Virus record (IMG/VR): IMGVR_UViG_3300027743_000001
Coordinates: 1-64,000 of that record
Strand: one strand, 5' to 3'
DNA length: 64,000 nucleotides
Origin: a virus
The notes beneath the pieces were generated by a model. That model worked only from the letters and a program-made list of their open reading frames with translations. It did not search any database and was not told the origin of the DNA. Of this stretch, positions 29,270 through 39,481 are shown piece by piece; within the stretch, counting starts at the first letter, position 1, and every line of letters starts with the position of its first letter. The position numbers and the translations under genes were made by a program.

Positions 29270-31290
29270 CCTCTCATCACTGCTGCTACATTTCCTACAT
29301 CGGCAGGACGCTCCAAGGGTTTAGAGATTTCGAACATCTGCCGCTCCAGCTCCTCCCAGGGTGGGCTGTGCTTTACCAGCTTCCGCTGCCGCTCGTAGAG
29401 CAAATGCTGCCTGTCCTTGGCCCGTTGGGACTCAGGGGTGTGGAACTGGAGTTCAAACCGATGTCCATCGGGACCGGTGATGTCGGCGTTAATGCCCTTG
29501 TAAGCGCGTCCCTCGTTATTCCAGGAGTTGCTGACATCTACGTCATAGCCCTTGGCTCTCAGCTCGTTGATCACCCGCTGAGCGTTGGCCCCGAAGTTCT
29601 CCGGGTCATAATGCAGAGTATACCGCAAGGCATCACCGATCTCACCAGCGGCCTGCTCAGGCCCGCCGGGCAGCTTGGCCCCCTTGCTTGCGATCTTCCG
29701 GACTAGGCTGCCCTCAGTCTTCAGCCTGAACTCGCCGCCGTAGAACTGTCCATTGTCTCCGATGATCTTGCTCGGGTCATAGTCGAGACCATCAACACCG
29801 CTGATCTCACTAAGCAGGCGACTAACTACCGGTTCATCGGCCTCTACGCCAGCCAGGATCTTCCTAGCCTCGTCTTGACTCTCTGCTCCTCTTGTCACAA
29901 GCGAACGACCTGTTTCCTGCGCCCCAGTGTTCACGGGTTTTTTGTTCCTCAAGATCGCAATAGCTCGTGGAGCGTCTGAAAGTTTGTCTACGATCTGCTG
30001 TGTAGGGATTATCTCGGGGAACCCGGCTGCCGGGTCGGCTGCTTTGGGATTGCCTAGGGCATCCACGTATTCGAGCTTGGCCCCGTTCGGGGTTAGGTCA
30101 ACCACCTGTGCCCGACGCCGGGCGGCGCTGCGATCACCAGGGAGTGAGTCCGGATCGGAGAACACGTTCACCATGCCGAACTTCTCGATGAACTTCCCAT
30201 CCTTGCCACGGGGGTGCAGCCAATCTCTCCAGTCGATGGCCGCGATGATGGCCGGGTGATCCAGCAGCCTGTGCTCCCGCGCCCGCATGATGAAGGATCC
30301 GAAGAACCCCAGCGGCTCCGTGCCGTTGACGCACAGCTGCACGTATTGCTTGGCAGCAGCCACGACAGCTGACGCTGCCGTGGCTTCCTCAAAAGGGAGG
30401 ATGACCCCGTCATCAGCAGTAGGGAACTCCGGGAGCACCTCCGGGGCCACCTTACCCAGCTGCCACTCCTGCGGGATCTTGTCTAGCGCGCCGAGAGCAT
30501 GAGCCCGTTTGACCACGTACCACCGGCTATCAGGGTGCATGATGGCGTAGCGCACGGCTATCGGGAGATCTTCCGCCCGGTTGACAGAAGGGATGCTGTT
30601 ACCTGCTGCCACGACTGCGGTCTCCTGTTCAAGCGGTGCCGGAACCTCTCCCGGCATCTCGATGGTCTCTACCTCGCCCTGCGTCTTGGTGGGCAGGTCT
30701 GCCACGCTGACCGTTGTGCCGCTGGCATCGCCCGCGTCCCACACCGCCAGGGCGGACGGGGCAACCTGCACCAGTGACATGTCATCCAGAGCCGTGTTGC
30801 CCTCAGGGAGCAGGATCCACTCCCCGTCATACCGCACGTAGGCTCCCATGCCCGTCTCGATAATCAGTGTGACTACTGTGTTGTCGGGTGCGACCACAGC
30901 GTCCAGTTGGAGTGCCAACATTCCTCCCCTCATTATGTGAGCCTCAACCACTGCGAGCGGCTGCGGTACACCGGCGTCTGGTGCCATGGTCACTGCGTCA
31001 TATGGATCCAGCGGTCGGATCCGTAGTGTCTCATCCGCTGCCTCAGGGTTTGAGAAGATGGCCGTCGCCGTCAGGACACCGCCGCCCATGTCAACCGGCT
31101 CGGAGATAAAGGTGCCCCGGGTGTTGTCCTCATCTTCATCCCACACCAGCATGAGACCGTTGTCGCCGGTCTGAATCTCGACGTTGGCCCCGTAGCGGAT
31201 CGAGGTCGTGTCGTACCGCGCCGAGGTGACCGGATCAGTCCTGTGGATGGTCACCTCGATGATGGCCGGATTAGGGACTCTCATGATCAC
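29266..31290 (-). CDS. head-module protein with C-terminal RelA/SpoT-like (Apk2-type) nucleotide pyrophosphokinase domain
   Basis: FRLKTEGSLVRKI, GDALRYT, NSWNNEGRAYKGIN, FELQFHTPES, HLLYERQR. Confidence 0.88.
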   Translation of the reverse strand: MIMRVPNPAIIEVTIHRTDPVTSARYDTTSIRYGANVEIQTGDNGLMLVWDEDEDNTRGTFISEPVDMGGGVLTATAIFSNPEAADETLRIRPLDPYDAVTMAPDAGVPQPLAVVEAHIMRGGMLALQLDAVVAPDNTVVTLIIETGMGAYVRYDGEWILLPEGNTALDDMSLVQVAPSALAVWDAGDASGTTVSVADLPTKTQGEVETIEMPGEVPAPLEQETAVVAAGNSIPSVNRAEDLPIAVRYAIMHPDSRWYVVKRAHALGALDKIPQEWQLGKVAPEVLPEFPTADDGVILPFEEATAASAVVAAAKQYVQLCVNGTEPLGFFGSFIMRAREHRLLDHPAIIAAIDWRDWLHPRGKDGKFIEKFGMVNVFSDPDSLPGDRSAARRRAQVVDLTPNGAKLEYVDALGNPKAADPAAGFPEIIPTQQIVDKLSDAPRAIAILRNKKPVNTGAQETGRSLVTRGAESQDEARKILAGVEADEPVVSRLLSEISGVDGLDYDPSKIIGDNGQFYGGEFRLKTEGSLVRKIASKGAKLPGGPEQAAGEIGDALRYTLHYDPENFGANAQRVINELRAKGYDVDVSNSWNNEGRAYKGINADITGPDGHRFELQFHTPESQRAKDRQHLLYERQRKLVKHSPPWEELERQMFEISKPLERPADVGNVAAVMRG

Positions 31291-34200
31291 ACCTCATAGC
31301 TTTCCGGCAGATCGAGCAAGTTGCGGAGGTTCGGAGGCATGTACACGGGAGGCAGATCGGATGGCCGCATGGTCTTGGCCTTGGCTATGGTGACGATGTA
31401 CCGCTCTAGCGGAACCCCGTTGATAGAGACAATCCCCTTGGCCTTCAGCTTCGCGATGGCCGAGTCGACTTCTTTCTGGCTCGGAGCCGCGATCATGCTG
31501 GCCTGCTCCGGAGCGATGCCACCGCTAATGTAGTAGTCCTTGATGTTCTCCCATACCGTAAGGCTCCGCATGATGTTGCTGCCATTGTCAGGATTCCCGT
31601 ACACATCCTCCAAGGAACCGCGCATGTCACCGATGCGACCGTAGAGAGCCTCAGGGTGGTGGTAAATCATGAGTCCACCGGAGATATATACAGCCTGGTC
31701 GTTGTGGTCCGGGAGGTAGTTGTACTTCTTGGCTGAGGCATAGGCGCCATGTCCGGCGTACACGCTGGAATCGTGGACTGCGGACTGCCCGAGTCCCTTA
31801 CCAGTGGGAGCGTCCACGGCGCCCTGAAGCCGTTTGGTCATGCTGTTGACGTTGCCATACAGTGCTGTAGACGCAATGACATCCGCGTTGTTGCGCTTCG
31901 TGCCTTTGACCACAAGGTTCATCTTGCTCTTAGCCTTCATGGCAGCGATGGCTCGCTCAGACCAGAAGTAGGAAACCTTACCGATCGACTCATCAACGCC
32001 CACTCGAACGTCCTGCCAGCCCAGATCAGTGATACCCATCCACTCTCCGGCCTTCTTGAACATCTGCTCATCCGACATGCCCTGTGTGTTGTCAGCGTTG
32101 GCCTGGTCGAAGCTGACCATAGTGGACAGGAAGACCCGCGCCTGCTGCTTGGCCGAAGACTGCGTCATGGGGGAGTAACCACCCAGGCCCAGCTCAGCCA
32201 TGGCCGCCGAAAGATCCCCATCGGTTGCACCCTCAGGAAGGAAGATGTTGGTCATTCCAAACCGGGAGTCATTCTTGTACTCGCTGGCCGGGTCGATCAC
32301 CTCTATGACAACCCCGTTGCTAGCTACCAGCCGCACATTGCGGGACGTGCCGAAGTCAGGAAATGCACTCTTCGCCAACGGGACACCCTGTCCCGGCTCC
32401 ACATACAAGGTCCCGTCCGCCTGCATGCCAGACAGGCCGCCGTCTTGGGCGACGGTCCATCCCCTGGCCTGTGCCGACTGGCTCAATGAGAACTGGCCGG
32501 TCTGAAGTACCTTGATCTTGGTGGGGTCCCACGCGGTCACGGTGTAGGTGTGACCAGCAGACCACGGGGTAGTGACCGTGGACCCATCAGACAGGCTCTT
32601 GAAGGTCACTATCTTGCCGCCGGTAGCCGCGTCGTCCTGCACGTCCACCACTTCGTAGTTCGGCGGGTTGACGCCAGAGTTGTCCGGCCGCCACTGGCTC
32701 TTGAGTTCCGGCTGGCTGCTGCTTGAAGGCCGGATAGATACCCTCTCGCCTACCGCGATGCTCTCCGTAGGCTTCTTGGTGCGTACCCAGTCGCCCTGCT
32801 CCTGTGTGTCACCACTAGCCAGGTTGCTGGCAAAGGTCGCACGCTGCTCCTTGGAGAGAGCGAAGATCACCCGGTTGTACTTCTTACCGGACGGCCCGAT
32901 CGCGCGGGTCGTGAACATCTCCCCACCCCGGATGCCGGTGGAGTTGGTGACGATCGCCCGCTGCTTGCCGTCCTGCAAGGTCTTGCCCAGCGCCTCGGCC
33001 GGCGTGTCAACCGCCAGCGCCATTCCCTTAGGAACCTCCAACGGGGCCAGCGGCGCCTGGTAAGGGCCGTACTCTTCCGTGTCGAGCCGGAGCGCCGTGA
33101 CCAGCCGTGTCGACTTCTCTCCGCTGCTGGTGAGGACCACCGCGCTCTGCTTGTTCTTGCTGAGGCTGATGATCTTGCCGTGCATCGGACCCTTGCCGGT
33201 GACGTGCATGCCCGCCGTAGGGATGTAGCCGTCCTTGGTGAGCGGGCCGCCCCACGCCAGCACCACGTCCTCACTAGGTGCGCCCGGCAGGCTGGGCTTT
33301 GGCTCGGCAACGGGAGGCTTAGCCGCGTAGACGGCATAGTTAGACGGCATCTTGTTGGTGAGGAACATGGAGTGCTTGCCTTGGTCAACTGCTACGGCGC
33401 CAGGCTCATGCCCCACAGAGTAGTGGTGGAAATCTATAAACTCACCATCTATCTGCACCATCTGCATGTATTCATTGGGCTTGTGGGGGTCCCCATAGGA
33501 CACATAAATCCAGTCCCCAGGCTTCAGGTCCATACCCTTGAAGTCGGAGGCTAGGGTGATCTCCATGGTGCTCGGGTGGGGTGCCCCGATCGCGTCGTTG
33601 GCACCAGAGGCTGCCGTCTGAGGGAAGGCGCTCGGAGGAGCAACTGACAGGTCAACCTTCTGCATGCCGGAGAAGTTGCTGCCATAGACTGCGAACTCAG
33701 CTTTCTCTAGCTTCTTGGTTTCGTAGTCCTGGTAGAGCTGGTACATGAGCGGGTCGTCGGGGTCCGCGTTCGGGTCCGACACATAGACGTTGTACAGGGT
33801 CTTGTAGAGCTGCTCACCCGGCTGAAGCTCATACGTCTTGCCGTTGAACTCAATCCCAGTGACTGCCTCGACATCAACTATCTGCGGGCTGGCACTGACC
33901 GGACCAGGCCCGGAGAGGTCCGGGGGAGTCAGTGCGTCGTACTCTCCCAGCGTTCCCTGCGCGACAGACATCTTGGCATCACCGATGCCGCCCTGCGCGA
34001 GGAAAGCCAGCACAGTGGACTCGTCATGGCCAACAGTGGTGTTGATAGTTCCGTCAGCGGAAATCGCGTTGTACTTGCCATCGGGCTGCTTGACCAGGTA
34101 CTGATCCGGGATCGTCGGAGTCTGGATCTTGATGACGATGTCATCCGGCTGAGTCGTCAAGCCGTTGAACGTGCCGCCCGTAGGTCCGACATTCGGGTCG

Positions 34201-37200
34201 GGGTTGAACAGCTTGTTGAACATCCCTTGAACGGAGGGGGCTTCAGCATCAGAAGCAGCCTGCGTGGGGAAGGGGGGCGGGTCACCCTCCGCCTGGTGGA
34301 CCAACGTCTTCTTGTCGTTCGGCACCAGCCCCATGACGTGATGGGTGATGGAGGCGCCGCCCAGCTGGCCGTCATCCTTGATCGGCCACCAGGATGCACC
34401 GGGAGCGGACTGGATGTAGTAGGTGTTTGAGTCAGATATGTAGACAACAGACTCCCAGCTGCTTACCTCATAGAAGCTGTTGATCTTATCGCCAGTGGCA
34501 ACCTGATCCGGCACAGCAGGGGCGATGTCAACCACGTCAACCTGGTTGCTGAACGGGTCATGGTAGAGGTTGACCTGGTAAGGGCTGCCGTCTGAGTTGT
34601 ACTTGTTGACGGTCGTGCTTACATCAATGGAGTCATCACCGTCTATGTGGTACCAGTTGGAGCTGGCCGGAGAGGCGATGTAATACTCATTGCCGATCTT
34701 GGCAACCTGGTTTCCGGACTGAACGGATACCTTGTACCCGTTCGGGAGAGTCAACTCCTCAGTGCCGGTCCCCTGGTGGAAGTTCTTCAGGCCCATGGGA
34801 CCCTCTTGGTCGCCATCACCGACCCACGTGCCGCCCGTTCCGGCAGCGTTCACTGTCCACATCTGCCAGCCGGAAGTGGTGTGCCGACGCCAGAAGGTGC
34901 CCGACCCAGAGACAAAGATCGGATACTTCGCGTCGTCGTACTTGAGCGCCTGGTTGAGTGCCCAGCCGGCCGCGTCCTGGCCCTGGTTGCCGGTCAGCTT
35001 GTGGTCGTTTGTGGTACCCGGCCCGGCCTTCAGCTTCGTGGCCATATCATTAGCCGCGTCGATCTGGCCCTGCGTCAACTCAGCATCTATGTAGTCGGAC
35101 CCCTTACGGGTCACCCGGATACTCACGTTCGGGCCGAAGTCCTGTTTGGACAGGAGCTGAGGTGAAACTGTGCCAGCGTCGACTACTACAGCTACCTTGT
35201 CATCTCCCAGAGGCAGGTTGTTCTCCACCACGACGAATAGGTACTGGCCAGCTTCAACCTCATCTCCCGGTTCCAGGTGGGGGATGATCTGGTGAGCCGG
35301 AAGATAGGCACCGTCCTCATCGAAGATGCTGGTTTCGGTCTTCTCCACGAGCGGAGCATCTGCGTCGTACGTACCAACGGTGCCATCTGAGAAGGCCAGG
35401 TAAACAAGACTAGACCCTTCAGGGGCATCCACAAAGGTGACCACTACGACGTCATCGCCGTTGTGCACCGACTCGCCCGGCTTCAGTCCCTGCGCGGGGA
35501 CCATCGGGCCGCCGTGCGGACCCGTCGCCCCCGCAGACTCCGGCAAACCAGAAGACTCCGGGATGACCGTGGGGGTCGTGTCAACCGTGAAGTCATTCAG
35601 GACAGTTTTCAGTACGGTGAATGGAGTTTCGTTCTTGTCTATCATCCGCACCGTCGTGTCGGTGATAGCGATGATCTCGTAGCTGTTGTCGGGGCTACTG
35701 ATCGGGCTGACCTTGTGGCCGACCTTCAGCACGCCACTGTCGATCCAGGCCGCCAGCGTCTTCGCCTCATCCACCTGGCTGACGGCCGTGACCGCCGGAG
35801 CCATGGGGGAAGGTGGCTCCGGCACCGATACCGGCTCAGGCTCAGGCTCCGGAGTCGTGTCAACCGTCGCTCCGGCTTCCTCCGTGATGGTCACCGTGCT
35901 GACTGACTTACGCTTGCGGACGCCGGACGTGTTCTCGATGAACACGAACTTGCCGTCCGGGGAGATCATCACGATCTTGCCCTGGTGGCCGTCCTTGGCC
36001 AACGCCGTCATGCCGAGCTTAGGAACCTTGCCGTCCCCCGTCATCGGGGTCTTGGCGCCCACCACGTTGGCCGCCGGGGTCTTGCCAGGCTGCGTCAGGG
36101 TTGACGCCGCCTTCATCAGCTCCTTGCCGTCTTCGTCCTTGACGACAGCGCTGTAGCCCTTCTTCTTGACGTAGGTGTAGGTCTTCCCGTCCTTCTTGGA
36201 GACCACCTTCGCACCGGGTCCGGCCTCGGTACCGTCACCCAGAAGCATGCCCTTGTCATCGCTAACGACAGACTTAGCCTGCGCCTCGGCCGCCGCCTTG
36301 ATGTCTTCCTTGACCTGCGTCTCTACGGTGGCAGCCATGCCGGTCTTCTGCGGCGGTTCCGATATCTCCACCTCAGGCTCCGGGACGGGCACCGGCTCCA
36401 GCAGCTGGACGATCTCCTCCACCTCGGCCTCGGCAGCCTCGGGGAGGTTCGGCTTCTGCGCTTCCGGCGGAGGCGGATCCCAGCGCTCCACGATGTAGGG
36501 GCCGGATCCCAGGGCGTAGGTGTCCAGGATTACCGATGTGGTGTTTCCCTTGTCCCGAAGCATGACCTTCTTTTTGGCGGGGGAAACTCCCATCACCTCA
36601 TAGGTGTGGCCGTTCGGGTCGGTGATCGTGTCCCCGCGCTCGAACTTGATGGTGTGAAGATCAGCAGCATCCAGAGCGGCGCCATGGTGTGGCCGTTCCA
36701 GGTTGGTCAACGGGCTCTGGTAGTGGACATCCGTCTTAGAGCCGTACTTGTCCTTCAAGGCCCATCGCTGGTCTTGCAGCTCGTCCGGCTCCATCAGGCT
36801 GCCGTCAGTCAGGTCAACGCCGATCCTGATAGTTCCCGATCCGATCCGGACGTAGTCGCCAGGTGACGCCATATCCAGAGCTTGTCCGAGGTTCATCGGG
36901 AACCACTTGCGGGACAGGCCGTTGTTCTCGGCTACGTCCGGGACGTTTATCGGCTTGGAGGCTTCCGGAAGCGGGAGTCCATAGTGGTCAGCAATGTACC
37001 TACGGCGCGACTTGAGCGTGTCAGCCAGGGACTGAGGTAGTCCACGCTCAGAAACCAGGTCATCAATTTCTTCCGGAGAGATAGCCAGAACCCGGACGGC
37101 GCCATCCAGCTCATCCTCCTTAGGCATCACGTTCTCGCCGAAGATGGCAGCCTTCTTACCGGACCGCATGGTCTCCAGCTCCATCACCTTGTTACCGAAG

Positions 37201-39479
37201 GCGCCGCCCTTAGGTTCGCCTTGAGCCCGGTAGGTGAGAGCCCCGCCGTTGTCGATCCGCCAGGACGTGCCTTCCTTGTCGACGAACACGTTGTCCCAAC
37301 CGAGGCCGAAGACATCCCAGTTCGAGAGCCAAGCGTCAACGACAAAGTTCTTGCGGATCTGTGTCAACCACTCCTTGTCCTTCAGCTTCTCATTGATCGT
37401 CTGGCTGAGTTCCTCGCCCTCCACGATCTCGGAGTAGATGTTCTTTCCGTCGTAGTCGACGTTCGGCACCGGGACGCCAGCCGCTGAGTACAGATCATTG
37501 GCCAGCTCCTCCACCTTGCCGTGATCTTGGCTCTTGGGCTTCTTGACGTAGAACTTCTTGGCCGGGCCGCCGGCAGGGTCCGGGATGCTGTACATCCCGC
37601 CTTCATTGCTGCCGCCCTGCCCGCCGATCTTCGTAGACCCAGCGTCATCCTTGGTGAGGTGGGCAATCTTCTTTGGCGCGCGGTAGACCTGGTTGGGGCG
37701 GAGCGTCAGCTCCTTCTCGCCCGGGGTCGGCGTGCCAGACAGGTCGGACGGCTGAACCTTCAACTCAGCTTTGTCGTCTGACCCCTTGAGTATGTCCTTG
37801 ACCTGCCCGTACTTCCACTTGCCATTCTTCAGGAACTTGATGATCCCGAACTTGTTAATGAACCGGCCGTCCGCGCCACGCGGGTGTTCCCACGGCTCGA
37901 AGGCAGGAGCGGCCACGATCGGTTCCAGGAGGGGTGTCACTTCGATGCTGTTGAACAGGCCCAGCTTCTCCCAGCCGGTACCGTCGTCAGCCAGGGAGGC
38001 GTACATGACGTTGTTGCCGTACTCGTCGTCAACCGTGATATAGGTCTTCTCGTCTTCCCAGCCGGGGCCATGTGTGACCTTCATGGAGACGGTGTTGGGG
38101 TCGTCGTGCGCTCCGGTAAAAGCGAAATCGAACTTGCTCTCCCCGACCCAGAGAGAGATCGTGTCAAAGGATACTGTGGACGGAAGATGGCTCGGGTCTG
38201 TGACCTCGATCAGGAAGTCGTTGCCGTAGCCCAGAGTGATGTGGGGTATCCACTCCGGGTGCTGCTCAACCGTGCTCATCTGGTAGGCAACAACCGGGTC
38301 TGCAACGACAGCATCCCTCACACACGACAGTGCCACGTCCTCAAGCAGGAGCACCGCCGCGTCGTGGTCCCCCAGCCGGCCCCGCCCGTTCACCTCGGTC
38401 TCGATCGGGGTGCACTGCTTGGCCAGGTCGCCGAGACACTTGAGCACGTGATCCAGTTCGTCGGTTGACATGTCAGCGCTGAGGTAAGCCAGGGTCACGT
38501 GCGGGTCGTCGTCCACTACGAGCGCATTGACCGGGTCGTCAGCTGAGGTACGGCAAACGATCACCGCCGTAGGCAGCTCCTCCACCGGCTCCATCTCGTC
38601 CAGGATCAGGTCCGCGAGCAGTGCCTGAGGGAAGTTGTGCCCGACCGGCGGCCCGTAGTCGTACCCCATCGTGTAGTCAAAGACGAACGGGGAGAGGTCG
38701 GCCGATCCGGTGATCGCGTTCAGCTCCTTGGTGCGCCGCTTCACCTCATTAGATGCTCTCTTGACACGGGCTTTAGAGATCCTGACTTCTAGTTCCTGCA
38801 TCTTCCTGCGGGCGCGTAGAGTGCGCAGCTCTTTGACCCCCTTGGGGGTCAATCCAGGTTGTCCGCTAGCGGTGTCAGACGCCTTCTCAAGCTCCTTGAT
38901 CCGGGCATCATGTTGTCCAACCTCTGCTTGCTGCTTAACCAGCGACGCTTTCTGGATCTCCAGTGCGTCTTGCGCCCGTTCAATGCTGAGCTTGGCCTTT
39001 GCCTTGGAAGCCTTCAGTCTCTTCGCCTTGTTTGCTGCCGAGGTTCCGGAACCCTTGGAGGAGCCACCCCCGCCGCCGCCGCCGGACTTCTTCTTGACTC
39101 CGCCCTCATCCTTTGCCTTGGAGAGATCTTGGTTGAAGTATTTGGCCAGCACGTTGAGGGTCTGCACGTTGAGCGTGCCCGTGGGCTTCAGGCCCAGCCC
39201 AGTCTGATAGTCCTTGAGCGCCCGTGCGGTCTCCGGGCCGAAGTAGCCAGTGGCTGGCAGGTTGTAGCCGGCTCGCCGGAGCGCTTCCTGCAGCCGGGTG
39301 ACGGCCGGCCCTTGTGCTCCGACCCCTAGGCCACCATCTTTTGTGCTGCCCTGACCGGACGTGCTGAACTTGCCGCCCGTGTCCCGCTTGACCTGTGACT
39401 CCTCGAAAGCGCGTAGCCGCTGGTTCGGGTCCTTGGCCCGACTCGGCCGCTCCCGCCTCTGTTGGCCTGGTTGCGTCAC
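31287..39479 (-). CDS. giant (2730 aa) multidomain head-module protein: PG-binding, 2H phosphoesterase, HipA/PI3K-like kinase, SH3/KOW-like repeats, possible ART-like C terminus
   Basis: PGBD GPAVTRLQEALRRAGY...GYFGPETARALKDYQ; 2H motifs PHVTL and PHITL; kinase GGSNEGG...FYVK...EELANDLY...DAWLSNWDV...DN...IDNGG. Lies directly downstream of portal. Confidence 0.85.
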   Translation of the reverse strand: MTQPGQQRRERPSRAKDPNQRLRAFEESQVKRDTGGKFSTSGQGSTKDGGLGVGAQGPAVTRLQEALRRAGYNLPATGYFGPETARALKDYQTGLGLKPTGTLNVQTLNVLAKYFNQDLSKAKDEGGVKKKSGGGGGGGSSKGSGTSAANKAKRLKASKAKAKLSIERAQDALEIQKASLVKQQAEVGQHDARIKELEKASDTASGQPGLTPKGVKELRTLRARRKMQELEVRISKARVKRASNEVKRRTKELNAITGSADLSPFVFDYTMGYDYGPPVGHNFPQALLADLILDEMEPVEELPTAVIVCRTSADDPVNALVVDDDPHVTLAYLSADMSTDELDHVLKCLGDLAKQCTPIETEVNGRGRLGDHDAAVLLLEDVALSCVRDAVVADPVVAYQMSTVEQHPEWIPHITLGYGNDFLIEVTDPSHLPSTVSFDTISLWVGESKFDFAFTGAHDDPNTVSMKVTHGPGWEDEKTYITVDDEYGNNVMYASLADDGTGWEKLGLFNSIEVTPLLEPIVAAPAFEPWEHPRGADGRFINKFGIIKFLKNGKWKYGQVKDILKGSDDKAELKVQPSDLSGTPTPGEKELTLRPNQVYRAPKKIAHLTKDDAGSTKIGGQGGSNEGGMYSIPDPAGGPAKKFYVKKPKSQDHGKVEELANDLYSAAGVPVPNVDYDGKNIYSEIVEGEELSQTINEKLKDKEWLTQIRKNFVVDAWLSNWDVFGLGWDNVFVDKEGTSWRIDNGGALTYRAQGEPKGGAFGNKVMELETMRSGKKAAIFGENVMPKEDELDGAVRVLAISPEEIDDLVSERGLPQSLADTLKSRRRYIADHYGLPLPEASKPINVPDVAENNGLSRKWFPMNLGQALDMASPGDYVRIGSGTIRIGVDLTDGSLMEPDELQDQRWALKDKYGSKTDVHYQSPLTNLERPHHGAALDAADLHTIKFERGDTITDPNGHTYEVMGVSPAKKKVMLRDKGNTTSVILDTYALGSGPYIVERWDPPPPEAQKPNLPEAAEAEVEEIVQLLEPVPVPEPEVEISEPPQKTGMAATVETQVKEDIKAAAEAQAKSVVSDDKGMLLGDGTEAGPGAKVVSKKDGKTYTYVKKKGYSAVVKDEDGKELMKAASTLTQPGKTPAANVVGAKTPMTGDGKVPKLGMTALAKDGHQGKIVMISPDGKFVFIENTSGVRKRKSVSTVTITEEAGATVDTTPEPEPEPVSVPEPPSPMAPAVTAVSQVDEAKTLAAWIDSGVLKVGHKVSPISSPDNSYEIIAITDTTVRMIDKNETPFTVLKTVLNDFTVDTTPTVIPESSGLPESAGATGPHGGPMVPAQGLKPGESVHNGDDVVVVTFVDAPEGSSLVYLAFSDGTVGTYDADAPLVEKTETSIFDEDGAYLPAHQIIPHLEPGDEVEAGQYLFVVVENNLPLGDDKVAVVVDAGTVSPQLLSKQDFGPNVSIRVTRKGSDYIDAELTQGQIDAANDMATKLKAGPGTTNDHKLTGNQGQDAAGWALNQALKYDDAKYPIFVSGSGTFWRRHTTSGWQMWTVNAAGTGGTWVGDGDQEGPMGLKNFHQGTGTEELTLPNGYKVSVQSGNQVAKIGNEYYIASPASSNWYHIDGDDSIDVSTTVNKYNSDGSPYQVNLYHDPFSNQVDVVDIAPAVPDQVATGDKINSFYEVSSWESVVYISDSNTYYIQSAPGASWWPIKDDGQLGGASITHHVMGLVPNDKKTLVHQAEGDPPPFPTQAASDAEAPSVQGMFNKLFNPDPNVGPTGGTFNGLTTQPDDIVIKIQTPTIPDQYLVKQPDGKYNAISADGTINTTVGHDESTVLAFLAQGGIGDAKMSVAQGTLGEYDALTPPDLSGPGPVSASPQIVDVEAVTGIEFNGKTYELQPGEQLYKTLYNVYVSDPNADPDDPLMYQLYQDYETKKLEKAEFAVYGSNFSGMQKVDLSVAPPSAFPQTAASGANDAIGAPHPSTMEITLASDFKGMDLKPGDWIYVSYGDPHKPNEYMQMVQIDGEFIDFHHYSVGHEPGAVAVDQGKHSMFLTNKMPSNYAVYAAKPPVAEPKPSLPGAPSEDVVLAWGGPLTKDGYIPTAGMHVTGKGPMHGKIISLSKNKQSAVVLTSSGEKSTRLVTALRLDTEEYGPYQAPLAPLEVPKGMALAVDTPAEALGKTLQDGKQRAIVTNSTGIRGGEMFTTRAIGPSGKKYNRVIFALSKEQRATFASNLASGDTQEQGDWVRTKKPTESIAVGERVSIRPSSSSQPELKSQWRPDNSGVNPPNYEVVDVQDDAATGGKIVTFKSLSDGSTVTTPWSAGHTYTVTAWDPTKIKVLQTGQFSLSQSAQARGWTVAQDGGLSGMQADGTLYVEPGQGVPLAKSAFPDFGTSRNVRLVASNGVVIEVIDPASEYKNDSRFGMTNIFLPEGATDGDLSAAMAELGLGGYSPMTQSSAKQQARVFLSTMVSFDQANADNTQGMSDEQMFKKAGEWMGITDLGWQDVRVGVDESIGKVSYFWSERAIAAMKAKSKMNLVVKGTKRNNADVIASTALYGNVNSMTKRLQGAVDAPTGKGLGQSAVHDSSVYAGHGAYASAKKYNYLPDHNDQAVYISGGLMIYHHPEALYGRIGDMRGSLEDVYGNPDNGSNIMRSLTVWENIKDYYISGGIAPEQASMIAAPSQKEVDSAIAKLKAKGIVSINGVPLERYIVTIAKAKTMRPSDLPPVYMPPNLRNLLDLPESYEV

Positions 39480-39481
39480 GG

